Assembly (NCBI GenBank): GCA_002633005.1
Contig: NMRA01001138.1
Coordinates: 12,696 to 50,452 of the forward strand
Source: Phoronis australis
Taxonomy: Eukaryota > Animalia > Phoronida
Direction of reading: 5' to 3'
Length of the DNA stretch: 37,757 nucleotides
The notes beneath the pieces were generated by a model. It was not told where the DNA came from. It was given only the letters and a program-made list of their open reading frames with translations, and ran no database searches. Of the stretch, positions 37,555 to 37,757 are shown in pieces; the stretch's first letter is position 1; each line of letters begins with the position of its first letter. The position numbers and the translations under genes are program-made.

Positions 37555-37757
37555 CTACTGTCAGTAAACACAGCCACCACTGGTCATCGTTTGCGATCTT
37601 TGTTTCCTGGCTTTGAAATTATCATTTGGGATACTGGCTCAGCCTGCACCTTGGGGCCACGTGGCTTGTCCCACTGCTGATGCAGGCTTGTGCAGGCTTG
37701 CTGACTTGGCACCTCACGAAGTCCCTCCAGCTTCCAGTCCCTAATAGACATCACTAC
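37555..37757 (-). pseudogene. YqaJ gene upstream exon (runs off the window)
   Basis: WKLEGLREVPSQQACTSLHQQWDKPRGPKVQAEPVSQMIISKP contains the CTS..QQW.KPR motif that follows the SWIM finger in these proteins. One TGA. Phase-2 donor AG|GTAGAT at 37555/37554. Confidence 0.85.

Larger units (their letters stand above)
26569..37757 (+). mobile_element. ISL2EU-type (PIF/Harbinger group) DNA transposon; right end beyond the window
   Basis: THAP + HTH + DDE_Tnp_4-type transposase together with a YqaJ exonuclease gene, the known ISL2EU gene pair. Putative left end AT|TGACCT at 26567-26574 is one base off the AT|AGACCT terminus seen at 21768. Confidence 0.85.

Overview
Eukaryotic, AT-rich, non-genic DNA, most likely from an invertebrate animal (inference: GT-AG introns, THAP and CR1-group elements, a mollusc-style Helentron/HINE element). 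I see no intact host gene. The window is a stack of nested, decayed transposable elements: CR1/L2-group LINE fragments, a Ty1/copia pol relic, an 8.4-kb TIR element with an intron-split IS3/IS481-like (IS3EU-type) transposase, several MITE families and a Helentron-type element with a ~145-bp tandem array of CTCF-consensus motifs. From ~26.57 kb to the window end lies an ISL2EU-type (PIF/Harbinger group) transposon. Its THAP-HTH-DDE transposase gene (+) and YqaJ/lambda-exonuclease gene (-) are interleaved: each gene's catalytic exon sits inside an intron of the other, and the three junctions I could reconstruct all have matching phase. Family names come from motif recognition by eye, not database searches.
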